A DNA stretch of 64,000 nt from a virus. The position numbers and the translations under genes were made by a program. The notes beneath the pieces were generated by a model that was not told where the DNA came from, did not search any database, and was given only the letters and a program-made list of their open reading frames with translations. Shown one piece after another: positions 20,101-28,776 of the stretch (the stretch's first letter is position 1; each line of letters opens with the position of its first letter). The DNA is taken from positions 1-64,000 of IMG/VR virus record IMGVR_UViG_3300044629_000131, one strand, 5' to 3'.

Positions 20101-23100
20101 GACCATATCTCAACAAACCATATTCAACAAACGCTGTTCCAAGAGCTCTTGTTGAATTAACAGATTCTGGTAAGATATCACTAGATCAAATACCAGCACT
20201 ACGACCATTCAGTGTATTTACTGTTGATGATTTATCCGCAAGATTAGCACTTGAAGGTCCATTAGCAGGCGATATTGCTATCCAAACAGATACAAATACA
20301 TCATTCATTCTGAATAATGACCTTACTAGTCTATATCTTGGAATTCCTGTTGATAACTCATATACCTTTACGGTTGGATCTTTGGTTACTGGAGATTTAA
20401 CAAATGGAATTCTTCAAGTTACCGAATATCGCAAAGGTGTAGTTTACGAAATTCAAATAACTGATTCTGGATCTGGTTATACTTCAGCACCAACAGTAAC
20501 TGTTGGTGCTCCAGGAACTGGTGTTTCCGCAACAGCTGTTGCTTCTATCGCAAATGGGGAAGTTGTTACTGTTACAATAACATTTAATAATGGATATATT
20601 GGTGGTTATGGATACACTACTGCTCCAACAATTTCATTTAGTGCTCCTGGTGCTGGAGGAACTACTGCGGCTGCTAATGCTCTGATAGAATCAAGAGTTT
20701 ATGGAGACATAGTTAATAGAATTAAGATATCAGATACTGATTCAGTATTAGATCATTCTGGAACACCAATTTCTGTTAATGTAACTAGGGTCATTAATAC
20801 ATCTGCATCAGATGCTAATAACTGGGTTTCTCTCTCATCATCTTCTGTTTCTGCTCAAGATATTACTTCTGGTGTAATTTCAACATCAAGACTTGCTCAA
20901 AATTCATCTGAAGCAAATTCATTTACATTCTTAGCTGGTGATCAAACATATAAACCAGTAACTCAAACAATCAAAGCACAAGAAAGAAGGTATTTCTTAA
21001 AAACAATTGCCACTTCAACAACTCCATCGGCAGCATTAGTAGTTCAACCAGATTCTAGACTGTTAATAGGGCATGAAGTATTTGGTAATGGTATCGCAGA
21101 AAATACCACAATTTCCCAATTAATAACTACAGAGGGAACAACTACTATTACATTAAGTTCTCCTATAACTCAAAATATTTCTAGTGGTTCTGTAATCACA
21201 TTTAGAAGACCAGAGTCTGTAGTTCTATTTGAGTCATCTTTCGTAAAGACAAACTATATTGATTCTATTATTATTCAAAGTGGTGGATCTGGATACACAA
21301 ATGGTCAATACTTTGGTATCCCATTAACTGGAGGAACTGGCACTGGATTAACAGCAAATATAGTTGTGTCTAGTGGAGAAGTTACTAGCATTACAGTAGC
21401 AGATGGTGGTGTTAATTATACGGAAGATTTTGTTGTTGATGATGAACCCATCGTTCTTGGCGCTGGAGTTGGTCTAGTTTTACTGGCAAAATTAGCTGGA
21501 AGCACAAAAAATGCTGGTGTGATTGGTATGGATATTAAGAGAGTTGATGACAAAACTCTTAATGCTGATCCATATGGAAATGCTGGTGTTGCTAGATTCT
21601 TAAAATCCGATACTCCACTTGGAAGAATTGGACAGTTTAGATTTTCTGCTGGTGGTGGTGTTTATATTGACCAAGGCCCAGATTCTGGATTTGATGCGGA
21701 TAAACTCGATGGACAGCAGGGCAATTATTACCTAAACGGTGCTAATTTCTTAGATGCTAGTATTTCCCCATCTAAGCTAACAAGTGGAACTTATAATATT
21801 GATATCAGTGGACAGTCTGGTAATACACTAAGACTAACTACACAAACAGGAAACCCAAATAATAGTGCGTTACCAAACGTATCTAATGTTGGTATAACAT
21901 CAGATTGGAGAGCTAATACTGCTGATGGATTAGTAGATCCGTTTAGACCAAGCGATCCAGATAGCGGATATCATGGAGTAATTACATTTAGACAATTTGG
22001 AAGTGCTAATGACCAAACTGGTGGTGGAGTAAGACAATTAGGATTTACGGATAAAAACAATTTATGGATTCGTGGATCTGGTGCTGGAGTTGCAAACTGG
22101 AGTGATTGGAGAGTTGTTTGGACTAGTGGAAATGATGGTGTGGATAGTGGTCTTGATGCTGACAGATTGGATGGAAAACAAGGATCCTTCTACCAAAATG
22201 CCCAAAACATAAACACTGGTGTGTTTGGAGCATACCACCTACCAACATTATTTGACACAACAAAAATACTCACAAATCTCTCTATTCAAAGTTATGATGG
22301 CAATCCATTCTATAACATCTATATTTCTGGAAAAGCATTAACAACATTCCCATTCCAGGTTAATCAAACTGTCAATCTTTATGATAGTAATCTACAGGGT
22401 GTTGGAAGTGTTTACATTAGTAATGTTACTGCTGATGGTACTAGTGCTGACTCAACAGATCATTATACAATCTTAGAGGTTAGATTGGATAATGGTGGAT
22501 TTGGAAATGCTATAAGAATTGGTACAGCATCAATCAATGAAATCTTCCATGATTATACCCCCTCTACACAAACAGCGAGAGAGTATGCTTCCTTAACTTC
22601 TTCTGGTGGATCTGGAAGATTGCGTTTGGGTTCTTTAACTACATCATCTTCCCCAGTAGTAGACTTTAACTCAAGCGGAAATAATATCACATATGATGTA
22701 AGACTTCAAGCTACTGGTGGTAATTCATCCAATGGCAATGGAGAACTCAATGTTATTGTTGCGAATACAAACTCACTTAAGGTTAATAATAATATTGTTT
22801 GGAATGCTGGAAATGTAACATTTAATTCTGGTCTAAGTTCTGGAGCATATAATACTGCTGCCAATGGAACAGCTGTACTGAGAGATTCCACTGGCAATTT
22901 TGCTGCTAATTTTATAACAGCTTCGCTCATTGGTGCCGCTTCTCTAAACGTTCTCAAGACTGGTGACACAATGAGTGGCGATCTGACTGTTGGATCGGTT
23001 ACTAGATCATCCAGTTCTTTTGTACGTGTATTGAGTAACGATTCAAATAGTGCTGGATTTGAAGCGTATGGGAACAACCAGGGAACTGGATACCTATACA

Positions 23101-24335
23101 TTGGTCAGTCTAATGCTTATGGTGGTGGATTGTCATATAACGGTGATGGATCTCCAGCATATGCTACTGGAGAAATAGCAGATAACATTGCTTTCTATAG
23201 AACAGATAATGGCACAAGAACTGTTGTTTTCCAATATCCATATAACTCAAATACCGTAACTTTTGCTGGTGCTATTACAACTGGAGAAGCAATATTTAAT
23301 GGTGGAACAAATAGTAATGGAAATGATGCCACAGTTTACATAACAGCAACTAACAACAACGATTGGGGACTTATTGTTGACAAATACAATGGTTCCGCAA
23401 CAGAATACGGAATTATGGTTGATGTTGGTTCTTCTGCTACTTATGCTTTAAGAGTTAGAGGAAATGACAGTGAAACCTTTAGAGTTGGTGGTAATGGTAA
23501 TATTGTCGGTACTGGACTTGCTCTAGGAACTACTGGAGATATTACATCGGTAAGAACTATTACTTTATCGGGTAATATTTCACTAACCGCAAACTCAACA
23601 AGAATTCAACAAACTTCAACTTCTTCTTGGAGTGGTGACGCTGGAACAGGATTTGGTAAACTTGAATACCACTCAAACAGATGGTATATCAATGCTGGTT
23701 CTGATAGCACAGAAATTCTAAGAATTAGAAGAGGCGGAACTGATCAGGTAGTTATTGATAACAGTGGTAATACTTCTTTTGGTAATACTTCAACTGCTAC
23801 AATTACAGCTGGTCTACTTCGCTTGGGATCTGGAGCATCAGATGGTATCCAAATTACTGGTTCGGCACCAACAATCTCATTTAGAGACACGGATCATAGA
23901 ACTGCTTATGTTCATGTTAATAGTAACATATTCTATGTTTTAGGTGGTGGGGTTAACGCAAATCCTGGAGCATGGTCACAAGTTGCTAATAGCAGATGGC
24001 CTCTACAAATTGATCTTACAAATAACAATGCTCAATTTGGAGGTGATATTGATGCCAATACTGGTAACGTTTTTGCTAGAAGTTTCAGAACACCAGGAGC
24101 ATCATTTGGTAGTGGTTCTGTTGGAAGTGATGCTAATAACAATAATTATGTTTTATACGCCAATGGAGATAGACAATGGTTGGATTCATTTGGGGTTGTC
24201 AAAGCAAATAGACAATCAATTGGAGAGAATTTAACAATACCAACAACACTCAATGCTTGTAGTTATGGACCAATCACGATTAATAATGGCGTTACTGTCT
24301 ACATTGGAAACGGTGGGACGTGGACAATTGTTTAA
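14193..24335 (+). CDS. Giant tail-fibre/appendage protein, 3380 aa: beta-helix-like domain interrupted by five helical C-x-R-D repeats, with a C-terminal fibre
   Basis: Beta-helix entry motif VYVSQEIGNDANNG..PVRTIKRA..GDYVEDNPI, fibre motifs DSG(F/L)DAD(K/R)LDG and WSDWRVVWTSGNDG, and C-terminal GPITINNGVTVYIGNGGTWTIV. Confidence 0.85.
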   Translation: MSLEFNADRQEVRASNLKISSSDDLTFRSGNGNDEKEVLRVLIDPVSKLPRIGVNRTGRRLQSITVLTAGSGYTIAPSVLISPPDDLVNGIQATATALILGGSLLGISINNVGFGYSSPPTITVSGGGGSGATAEAILDTVDYELDVNGAIRTSTSIISDTARILNLDIENFVTPDINFRAPDLKIYANNAGSIWEPNTTYQINTILYFGDNLYRVENNGISGTSAPLFKDGSAQNGQILLKHVGFRVNDDEKPFYEQTIYPRSVTPPLGDKSDKIATTEYVLNLATNDVGGRVYVSQEIGNDANNGRSAAAPVRTIKRACQIASASIGVKETVIISGGDYVEDNPISIPPDCSIVGDNLRLVIIRPGNPRKHMFKFADKNYITGIVFRDQLDAEQKPVSTWDFAVAFDDKQRLYYDPSVGGDFLRNFPIGHQIFGKLKFRVFFQDHTGIQVTGGNPTGSFFTIGAQVIGVNTGATGIVTAITYDETSGNDAYESGTFDVEVTGGSFAIGETFEYDVGTPPSAITYSMVSNDIVSIRAEGEVVYHGTQASSPLNITRIDGSLQGTFTGGFGGDDDLGGLVFYTNPLIGAQNIHDFKEGQEIVISGLTGNLSVCNGIQRIYKVIEDADGRSRRFVIPKKLPSFTDSNYIPPGSVTVVSRSYYILVSLLNSPNKFESTAFVGRRWQDATNLIRNSIEFIKDETYLKVTDEFNGINYTTFTQPNPDKCRRDIGHFVNAICNDLQFGSNFNVIEAAKRYVAGTQIGYIGNEITETVRAFEIAKDLCKLAVRNWHTGNGAYSQPLYTAEYSQLSYYVDSTVIEDTTPPTCDDVVSAVDTLGYLFVDVITNNAANRYLDACELIARNEEVIIEEVIGEVSTAYPDFYYPDTSPDGYRFKDSRNLIYSNLEEIKDRAIAKIAVSHPDFYFPGDTQTTQYSRFYDAYRLIQQNIKEIKDRALAEISVQYTEAGWGTDWIIPGDTISQARARFYDAYRLIQKNRNILVETAYATVVSSPPVPAPADLLAKCKRDIGYFIDAVSLDVFLGGNEYSRKFIQQYYNNGTPISNGLVGEETQSVTAFNKARDAMAAAVTNTLGSFSGVVTSSPAGGTWVDGSTGTKTVYTDLTISSGPATNGGGGGNIANNNSSACADVRSAITTLSGIITDRITAGNLSGLPSETLGSLYSGSSKCWRDIGYFVDAISLDLFVSSNKYSRQFILQYFDNGTPISNGLVGETAQSVVAFNMARDMMKKAVTNQLYVKDLTISDGPATYGGGGGDIPVLQSGNAAACADVQSAITTLSGIITDRISAGNLTGLPSETAPVYQTGQAKCRRDVGYVIKAVANDLYNGGNSNIILATKYYFDSSGTPISNGLVGETAESVTAFTAARDAMKLAVSNQLYVKDLTLTVDPVTGSNTNINSCANVHSAIDTLVGIINYAVSNSTLSNLPAVNTGIYLTGENVCKRDIGYILSALRRDITLGGNAGIVSAGEAYFSGAVLTGISQAELPVTRFAFEKVRDLAILAARNWRTGNGAYSQPLYEPKYSIIPLYTDSTVTEDTTPPTCDNVVSSITSSFATLDDILDGGTIPSKTYGTLYNTDSIINIPDNTVYDADNLYTNLLTVYDDLPIIEASPYIQNASVISFLGGGGAEIDGKKVKQPNCPFPGLEPDGNASYPNQGKSMVAAQFTIITFNGTGYLIKNDGYTQLVSVFVLFARDGVLADTGGYASITNSATNFGIYALRAIGYREEPYVFDIGTIVSTNITPNGSTILRIGGLGREPLEHYIVKFADYENQDPDIEYYIDGVSNVSVGPPFTASCALNAPILIKRKSNGTNVAVVDDAEMVGKEVRLHRPSIVNSSSHTWEFAGSGTDYNALPENGGTKIDAYEQVSEAYGRVYTSGTDELGDFKVGSFAKIENRTGNITFTGTVSISEVEFLKLKGGDVVVTGFSAANNLGGAFASDSLIATQKAIRDYIGNNLGPYLNKPYSTNAVPRALVELTDSGKISLDQIPALRPFSVFTVDDLSARLALEGPLAGDIAIQTDTNTSFILNNDLTSLYLGIPVDNSYTFTVGSLVTGDLTNGILQVTEYRKGVVYEIQITDSGSGYTSAPTVTVGAPGTGVSATAVASIANGEVVTVTITFNNGYIGGYGYTTAPTISFSAPGAGGTTAAANALIESRVYGDIVNRIKISDTDSVLDHSGTPISVNVTRVINTSASDANNWVSLSSSSVSAQDITSGVISTSRLAQNSSEANSFTFLAGDQTYKPVTQTIKAQERRYFLKTIATSTTPSAALVVQPDSRLLIGHEVFGNGIAENTTISQLITTEGTTTITLSSPITQNISSGSVITFRRPESVVLFESSFVKTNYIDSIIIQSGGSGYTNGQYFGIPLTGGTGTGLTANIVVSSGEVTSITVADGGVNYTEDFVVDDEPIVLGAGVGLVLLAKLAGSTKNAGVIGMDIKRVDDKTLNADPYGNAGVARFLKSDTPLGRIGQFRFSAGGGVYIDQGPDSGFDADKLDGQQGNYYLNGANFLDASISPSKLTSGTYNIDISGQSGNTLRLTTQTGNPNNSALPNVSNVGITSDWRANTADGLVDPFRPSDPDSGYHGVITFRQFGSANDQTGGGVRQLGFTDKNNLWIRGSGAGVANWSDWRVVWTSGNDGVDSGLDADRLDGKQGSFYQNAQNINTGVFGAYHLPTLFDTTKILTNLSIQSYDGNPFYNIYISGKALTTFPFQVNQTVNLYDSNLQGVGSVYISNVTADGTSADSTDHYTILEVRLDNGGFGNAIRIGTASINEIFHDYTPSTQTAREYASLTSSGGSGRLRLGSLTTSSSPVVDFNSSGNNITYDVRLQATGGNSSNGNGELNVIVANTNSLKVNNNIVWNAGNVTFNSGLSSGAYNTAANGTAVLRDSTGNFAANFITASLIGAASLNVLKTGDTMSGDLTVGSVTRSSSSFVRVLSNDSNSAGFEAYGNNQGTGYLYIGQSNAYGGGLSYNGDGSPAYATGEIADNIAFYRTDNGTRTVVFQYPYNSNTVTFAGAITTGEAIFNGGTNSNGNDATVYITATNNNDWGLIVDKYNGSATEYGIMVDVGSSATYALRVRGNDSETFRVGGNGNIVGTGLALGTTGDITSVRTITLSGNISLTANSTRIQQTSTSSWSGDAGTGFGKLEYHSNRWYINAGSDSTEILRIRRGGTDQVVIDNSGNTSFGNTSTATITAGLLRLGSGASDGIQITGSAPTISFRDTDHRTAYVHVNSNIFYVLGGGVNANPGAWSQVANSRWPLQIDLTNNNAQFGGDIDANTGNVFARSFRTPGASFGSGSVGSDANNNNYVLYANGDRQWLDSFGVVKANRQSIGENLTIPTTLNACSYGPITINNGVTVYIGNGGTWTIV
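16230..18920 (+). repeat. Five helical repeat domains (R..DA..LI..N / C.RD(I/V)G(Y/H) / C..V.S)
   Basis: C.RD Cys codons at 16365, 17256, 17742, 18162 and 18555. Second Cys codons at 16665, 17619, 18039, 18432 and 18858. Confidence 0.9.
17361..18299 (+). repeat. Three identical 30-bp direct repeats actccaatttcaaatggtttagttggagaa
   Basis: Copies at 17361-17390, 17847-17876 and 18270-18299, encoding TPISNGLVGE. Confidence 0.9.
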
Positions 24336-24341
24336 TAAATA
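24335..24341 (+). promoter_or_regulatory. Late promoter ATAAATA
   Basis: Overlaps the fibre stop codon, 25 nt before ATG 24366. Confidence 0.6.
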
Positions 24342-24365
24342 AAGTATACAGAATTAAAAAATCCA

Positions 24366-24923
24366 ATGAGCACTGTAATAACTAATAATGTATTTTCTGT
24401 AGATGGAAGACCTCTTCTTTTTTCATCTGGATCAATAGTTCAATGTACAGTTGTTCGCATGGATACGAGGACTGGAATATCTTGTTCAAATAGTGGAAAT
24501 GGAACTGAAATTACTGGTCTACGATTATTCATCACACCAAGGAGTGCTTCCAATAGAATTATTTGTAAATGGATGATGAATGGCGAATTTAGCAATGAAA
24601 ACTGTGTTGTTACTATTTTCAGAAATGGTGGATTAATTACAGATGGTGGCGCACAGGGATACAATGCTCAAGGCGGAAATACTAGGTGGTCTGGAGTATC
24701 TACATCAGTTTATGATCAGAATAATGACTCAACTGGTCAAAATACCATAGTAACTTGGTCTGGAATAGCAAACACAACTTCTTCATTATTTTTTGCTCCT
24801 GCTGTAAGAAGTTCTAATAGTGGAAACTACACGTTTTTTATTAATAGAACTGTTGCGTCAAATGGACAAAATGCTTATGAAACACCGTATTCAACTGGAG
24901 TGTGTTGGGAGGTAGCAGTATGA
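24366..24923 (+). CDS. Fibre-associated beta protein, paralog 1 of 3
   Basis: Shares ITP, (G/A)E...N, NRT...Q..E and a terminal ..(W/F/Y)E motif with the next two ORFs. Directly follows the fibre gene. Confidence 0.75.
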   Translation: MSTVITNNVFSVDGRPLLFSSGSIVQCTVVRMDTRTGISCSNSGNGTEITGLRLFITPRSASNRIICKWMMNGEFSNENCVVTIFRNGGLITDGGAQGYNAQGGNTRWSGVSTSVYDQNNDSTGQNTIVTWSGIANTTSSLFFAPAVRSSNSGNYTFFINRTVASNGQNAYETPYSTGVCWEVAV

Positions 24924-25486
24924 GTAATTTAAAAGTTAACAGTATTACAAATACAAGTGGTAAAAGATTATTGGATAGTACTGGAAATATAGTTCAAACA
25001 GTATATGTTAGAACTGATAGTAGAAGTGGTTGGTCTTCCAATAACAGATATCAATTTACTCCAATCACAGATTTAACACTTGAAATCACACCAAGAAATC
25101 CAGATAATATAATTGTCGTTCAATGTAAATTATTTGCTGAAATACACCATGATAATTTAATGACAATTCTGGCAGATTATGGTTCTGGTACATTGCCATA
25201 TGGTGCTGTAGAAGGATATTCAATGGCAAACTTTAACCCAAGATACATTGGTATGATCGCAGGAGATTATACAGGTGCTGATAATAGTTCAACCTCCAGA
25301 GATTTCTTTATGCAGGGAATTTGGAGAGCAAATGGTACTAGTGCGATTAGGTTTATGCCAGGTTGTAAAGGTTCTGGGGGTGCTGATTATACACTCTTTC
25401 TCAATCGGACACAATCATCAACTGGTCAAGATTCATTTGAAGCTGGGATTTCTGATATGATTGCTTTTGAAGTTTCACAGAGGTAA
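24920..25486 (+). CDS. Fibre-associated beta protein, paralog 2 of 3
   Basis: Likely start is ATG 24920 (ATGA overlap, MSNLKVNSI), matching the paralog N-termini. Confidence 0.75.
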   Translation: MSNLKVNSITNTSGKRLLDSTGNIVQTVYVRTDSRSGWSSNNRYQFTPITDLTLEITPRNPDNIIVVQCKLFAEIHHDNLMTILADYGSGTLPYGAVEGYSMANFNPRYIGMIAGDYTGADNSSTSRDFFMQGIWRANGTSAIRFMPGCKGSGGADYTLFLNRTQSSTGQDSFEAGISDMIAFEVSQR

Positions 25487-25491
25487 AATTT

Positions 25492-26049
25492 ATGTCAATA
25501 CTAAGAGTAAACACCGTTCAGACTACTGCTGGACGAAATATATTAACCAATGACGGTCCAGTTATTCAGGTTAATACGAAAATGACCGATAAAAGAATTG
25601 ACATATCATCTCCAAATGGTGGAAATGGAACACCAATATATGAACTTGGGGTTGGCATTACACCAACATCTTCATCCAGTAGATTAATCATAGAGTGGAT
25701 GATAATGGGTGAATTACACCAAGATAATGTCTTTACAATTTATAGAAATGGTGGTTTAGCAACAACATCATTTGAAGAAGGATTCAATAGAGATGTAGGA
25801 AATCAAAGATGGTCTGGCATTGCTTCTGCTTGGTATGATAGGGATGAAAATTCCACACCTTCATGTTGGTATCTATTGTACCATTGTATTGCCAACACAA
25901 CTTCATATACTTATTTTTATCCAGCTGTCAGGAGTTCTTCCACAGGAAACTATAATTTCTATTTAAATAGAACTCAAGGTTCATGGGGTCAAGAAAACTA
26001 TGAGGTTGGTATTTCATCTGTTACAATTTACGAATCAATCAGACCATAA
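25492..26049 (+). CDS. Fibre-associated beta protein, paralog 3 of 3
   Basis: MSILRVNTV..., GELHQDNVFTIYRNGGL, RWSGI and PAVRSS..GNY.FY.NRT align closely with paralog 1. Confidence 0.75.
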   Translation: MSILRVNTVQTTAGRNILTNDGPVIQVNTKMTDKRIDISSPNGGNGTPIYELGVGITPTSSSSRLIIEWMIMGELHQDNVFTIYRNGGLATTSFEEGFNRDVGNQRWSGIASAWYDRDENSTPSCWYLLYHCIANTTSYTYFYPAVRSSSTGNYNFYLNRTQGSWGQENYEVGISSVTIYESIRP

Positions 26050-26052
26050 ATA
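26046..26052 (+). promoter_or_regulatory. Late promoter ATAAATA
   Basis: Overlaps a stop codon, 30 nt upstream of ATG 26082. Confidence 0.55.
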
Positions 26053-26081
26053 AAGTAAGTTATCGTATTTAAAGAATTATC

Positions 26082-26405
26082 ATGCGTAGAAGAATGCCAG
26101 GTGCTCCAGATATTACGGATGCCTTACATGCTCTATATCCAGAGGGTGCTTATTGGTCCGTTGATCAGGATGGAAATATTGAATGGATGGATTTGAATGA
26201 AAAACCGAAACCAGAGATTTCTGTAGTTCAAGCAAAATTAGATGAACTTACAGAAATTTATAATAGAGAGCAATTATACCAAAATCAAAGAGTTTCTGAA
26301 TATCCAGAATATCACGAACAATTGGATATGCTATTCAATCTTGGATATGATGGATGGAAAGCAGAGATTCAAAAAATTAAAGATAAGTACCCCAGACCAG
26401 AATAA
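26082..26405 (+). CDS. Putative tail-fibre assembly/chaperone protein (XkdW-like)
   Basis: ALHALYP...IEW....P......KL.EL and R..EYP...EQLDML.....W...I..IK.KYP, typical of small proteins after fibre genes. Confidence 0.65.
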   Translation: MRRRMPGAPDITDALHALYPEGAYWSVDQDGNIEWMDLNEKPKPEISVVQAKLDELTEIYNREQLYQNQRVSEYPEYHEQLDMLFNLGYDGWKAEIQKIKDKYPRPE

Positions 26406-26419
26406 TTCCGACTTTTATT

Positions 26420-27109
26420 ATGATAGTGATTGATAATTGGTACGAAAATCCAGATGATATTAGAAATCTAGCTTTAAGTAAATTCAAAGATAGTGGTAAA
26501 GTAATATCTGGAAAATCAATAAAAAAAGATAATGGATTTGAAATGTACCCTGGCAATCGGGTTTTTTCTGATTTATCAAATTTAATAGAGAATAAAAAAA
26601 TAATTGAAGAAAAATCTGGATTGAAAATTGACCCAAAGAAATGGATTTTTACCGCGTCATGTAACTGGCAAGAGCAAATCAATTTGCTAGAATTTGATAT
26701 TGAAAATTTATCTATGAAAATTATTGGAACAGATTTGTATTTAAATAATTTTTTAACTTTGGCAAATGGAAATTTTCAATATTGTCCCAAAGATTCCACA
26801 CGCTGGATTCACACAGATAAAAAAAATACTCACGCAGCTGTAGTTTATTTACATCCAAATCCAGTTATTGGTTCTGGCACTGGTTTCTTTAAGCACAAAG
26901 AAACTGAAAAATATTACGAAGATGGAGAAATATTTTCTTTTGAAGAATCTTCAGATTTTGATAAATGGAATATGATAGAATACGTAGAAAATCAATATAA
27001 TAGATGTATTATTTTTGACGCAAAACGTTGTCATTCTGCCACAAAATATTTTGGAGATACCCCAGAAAATTCTAGATTGACACAAGTATTCTTTTTTGAC
27101 ATTTTATGA
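26420..27109 (+). CDS. 2OG-Fe(II) oxygenase superfamily (DUF6445-like)
   Basis: IVIDNWYENPD, WIHTD (HxD), AAVVYL, NRCIIFD..RCHSA and RLTQVFFF. Confidence 0.8.
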   Translation: MIVIDNWYENPDDIRNLALSKFKDSGKVISGKSIKKDNGFEMYPGNRVFSDLSNLIENKKIIEEKSGLKIDPKKWIFTASCNWQEQINLLEFDIENLSMKIIGTDLYLNNFLTLANGNFQYCPKDSTRWIHTDKKNTHAAVVYLHPNPVIGSGTGFFKHKETEKYYEDGEIFSFEESSDFDKWNMIEYVENQYNRCIIFDAKRCHSATKYFGDTPENSRLTQVFFFDIL

Positions 27110-27693
27110 TTGAAAATATTTTTAAAATTCCTATAGGTAAATACTCAATAGATGACTGGGAAAATTTGAATAAGACTTATGCTCTAAGTCAATATGCCAA
27201 TTCATTTATTGAAGAAATAAACAAGGAAAATATCTCGGAAGGAGATAATTTGTATACTGATTTTATGACCAACTCTAAAAATAATAGAGTTCCTCAGTAT
27301 ATTAATAATATGCTTGGTCTATTTACAAAACCAGCTCAGAATTTTTTCAATGATATTTCTTCAATTTCTCCTCAAATTGGTTTATACAATTGGAGAGTAA
27401 CATCAGCTTGGTTTGAAAAATTGACCAGCAATCAAATCCATGGTGCTCATAATCATGGAGCAATTGGATTTAGCGCAGTTTTATACATAGATTTTGATTT
27501 GGAATTTCATAGAGCAACAACCTTTCTGTCTCCATATGGAGATTTTATTGGTGGTGTTACTCAAATGTATACTCCCCCAGATATTAAATCTGGAGATGTA
27601 ATATTTTTTCCGAGTTTCTTAAATCATTATGCTCCCAAAAACAATTCAGAAAAAGAAAGGATAATTTTTTCTTGTAATTTTTCTCCATTTTAA
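27106..27693 (+). CDS. 2OG-Fe(II) oxygenase superfamily (TIGR02466-like)
   Basis: W....  HGAHNH..FSAVLY, GDVIFFPSFLNH and RIIFSCN. Confidence 0.8.
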   Translation: MIENIFKIPIGKYSIDDWENLNKTYALSQYANSFIEEINKENISEGDNLYTDFMTNSKNNRVPQYINNMLGLFTKPAQNFFNDISSISPQIGLYNWRVTSAWFEKLTSNQIHGAHNHGAIGFSAVLYIDFDLEFHRATTFLSPYGDFIGGVTQMYTPPDIKSGDVIFFPSFLNHYAPKNNSEKERIIFSCNFSPF

Positions 27694-27733
27694 TGAAACT
27701 AAATAACAATACACACCATTACTAGTGATAACT

Positions 27734-27925
27734 ATGGATACCGCACAACTCAAAAAGAATTTTGAAGAGCAACTTGCTACTACAGATAAGCAGATTGCCG
27801 AACTAGAAGAAAACCTCACTAAAGCAAAAGAATACAAGCTTAAGTTACAGGGTGGTCTAGAAACTCTAAGTCTTCTAGAAGAACCAGCAGCAGAAGAAGC
27901 ACCTGCTGAAGTAGTAGCAGAATAA
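27734..27925 (+). CDS. Small coiled-coil protein with acidic tail
   Basis: ATG at 27734, downstream of CTAAATA (27699-27705). KEYKLKLQGGLETL motif; tail EEPAAEEAPAEVVAE. Confidence 0.75.
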   Translation: MDTAQLKKNFEEQLATTDKQIAELEENLTKAKEYKLKLQGGLETLSLLEEPAAEEAPAEVVAE

Positions 27926-27931
27926 TCCCAG

Positions 27932-27967
27932 ATCCCTTCTTACTAAATATGTAAGAAGGGATTTTTT
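27932..27967 (+). terminator. Intrinsic terminator with a late promoter (CTAAATA 27943-27949) in its loop
   Basis: Perfect 12-bp stem atcccttcttac / gtaagaagggat followed by a T-run. Confidence 0.8.
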
Positions 27968-27974
27968 GTGTCTA

Positions 27975-28775
27975 ATGGCATCTCCAAATAGTAGAGCCTC
28001 TCTTATCACATATTGTAAAAGACAACTGGGAGAACCAGTTCTTCAAATCAATATTGATGATGAGCAGGTAAGCAACGTTATTGACGATACTATTCAGTTC
28101 TTTCAAGAGAACTGCTATAACGGTATGGAGCGTTGCTATCTGCGTCACGAGATTACTTCTGCCGATAAGACAAGATTAGATGATAAAGTTACAACCACAA
28201 ATGGAACTACAAACTGGGAGGAAGCAACGAATTATATTCCAATCCCAGATCATATTGTGGGTGTTAGTAAAGTATTTGGAGTGGTTGGAAATAGCATTCG
28301 CAGCAATTTATTTGGTATCGAATATCAGATCTTCCTTAATGACCTCTACGCTTTCGGATCTCTTGATATTCTCAATTACTTCATGACTAAGCAATATCTA
28401 GAAACTCTAGATATGATTTTAAATAACGGATCATTCCAACAGTTTAGATATACGATGCGCCGTGATCGTCTGTATCTAGATGTTGACAAGGACTTTCTAC
28501 AAGAGGGTCAGTGGCTATTGATTGAGGCGCACCGTCTCGTCAATCCAAATGACGCAACAGAAATGTATAATGATATGTTTGTGAAACGTTATGCCACTGC
28601 TCTCATGAAGAAGCAATGGGGACAAAATCTCATCAAATACAATAACGTTCAATTGCCTGGTGGTATCTCACTCAACGGCAGACAGTTGTATGAGGATGCG
28701 ATTGGTGAGATTGAGAAGATTGAAAGTGAAGTCCTCAGTAAGTATGCCGAACCACCTATGGATATGATCGGATAA
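27975..28775 (+). CDS. gp13: Neck protein gp13
   Basis: YCKRQLGEPVLQINIDDEQ, KRYATALMKKQWGQNL.KY..VQLPGG..LNG. Confidence 0.95.
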   Translation: MASPNSRASLITYCKRQLGEPVLQINIDDEQVSNVIDDTIQFFQENCYNGMERCYLRHEITSADKTRLDDKVTTTNGTTNWEEATNYIPIPDHIVGVSKVFGVVGNSIRSNLFGIEYQIFLNDLYAFGSLDILNYFMTKQYLETLDMILNNGSFQQFRYTMRRDRLYLDVDKDFLQEGQWLLIEAHRLVNPNDATEMYNDMFVKRYATALMKKQWGQNLIKYNNVQLPGGISLNGRQLYEDAIGEIEKIESEVLSKYAEPPMDMIG

Positions 28776-28776
28776 G

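Noticed and set aside
2585-23101. Many 60-170-aa minus-strand and alternate-frame ORFs inside structural genes
   Set aside because: Fully nested in long, well-supported genes, with compositions expected from antisense of Gly/Ser/Thr-rich coding sequence.
24366-26049. Paralog triplet as a diversity-generating retroelement or invertible cassette
   Set aside because: No reverse transcriptase or invertase in the window. The copies are diverged at all bases and lie in the same orientation.
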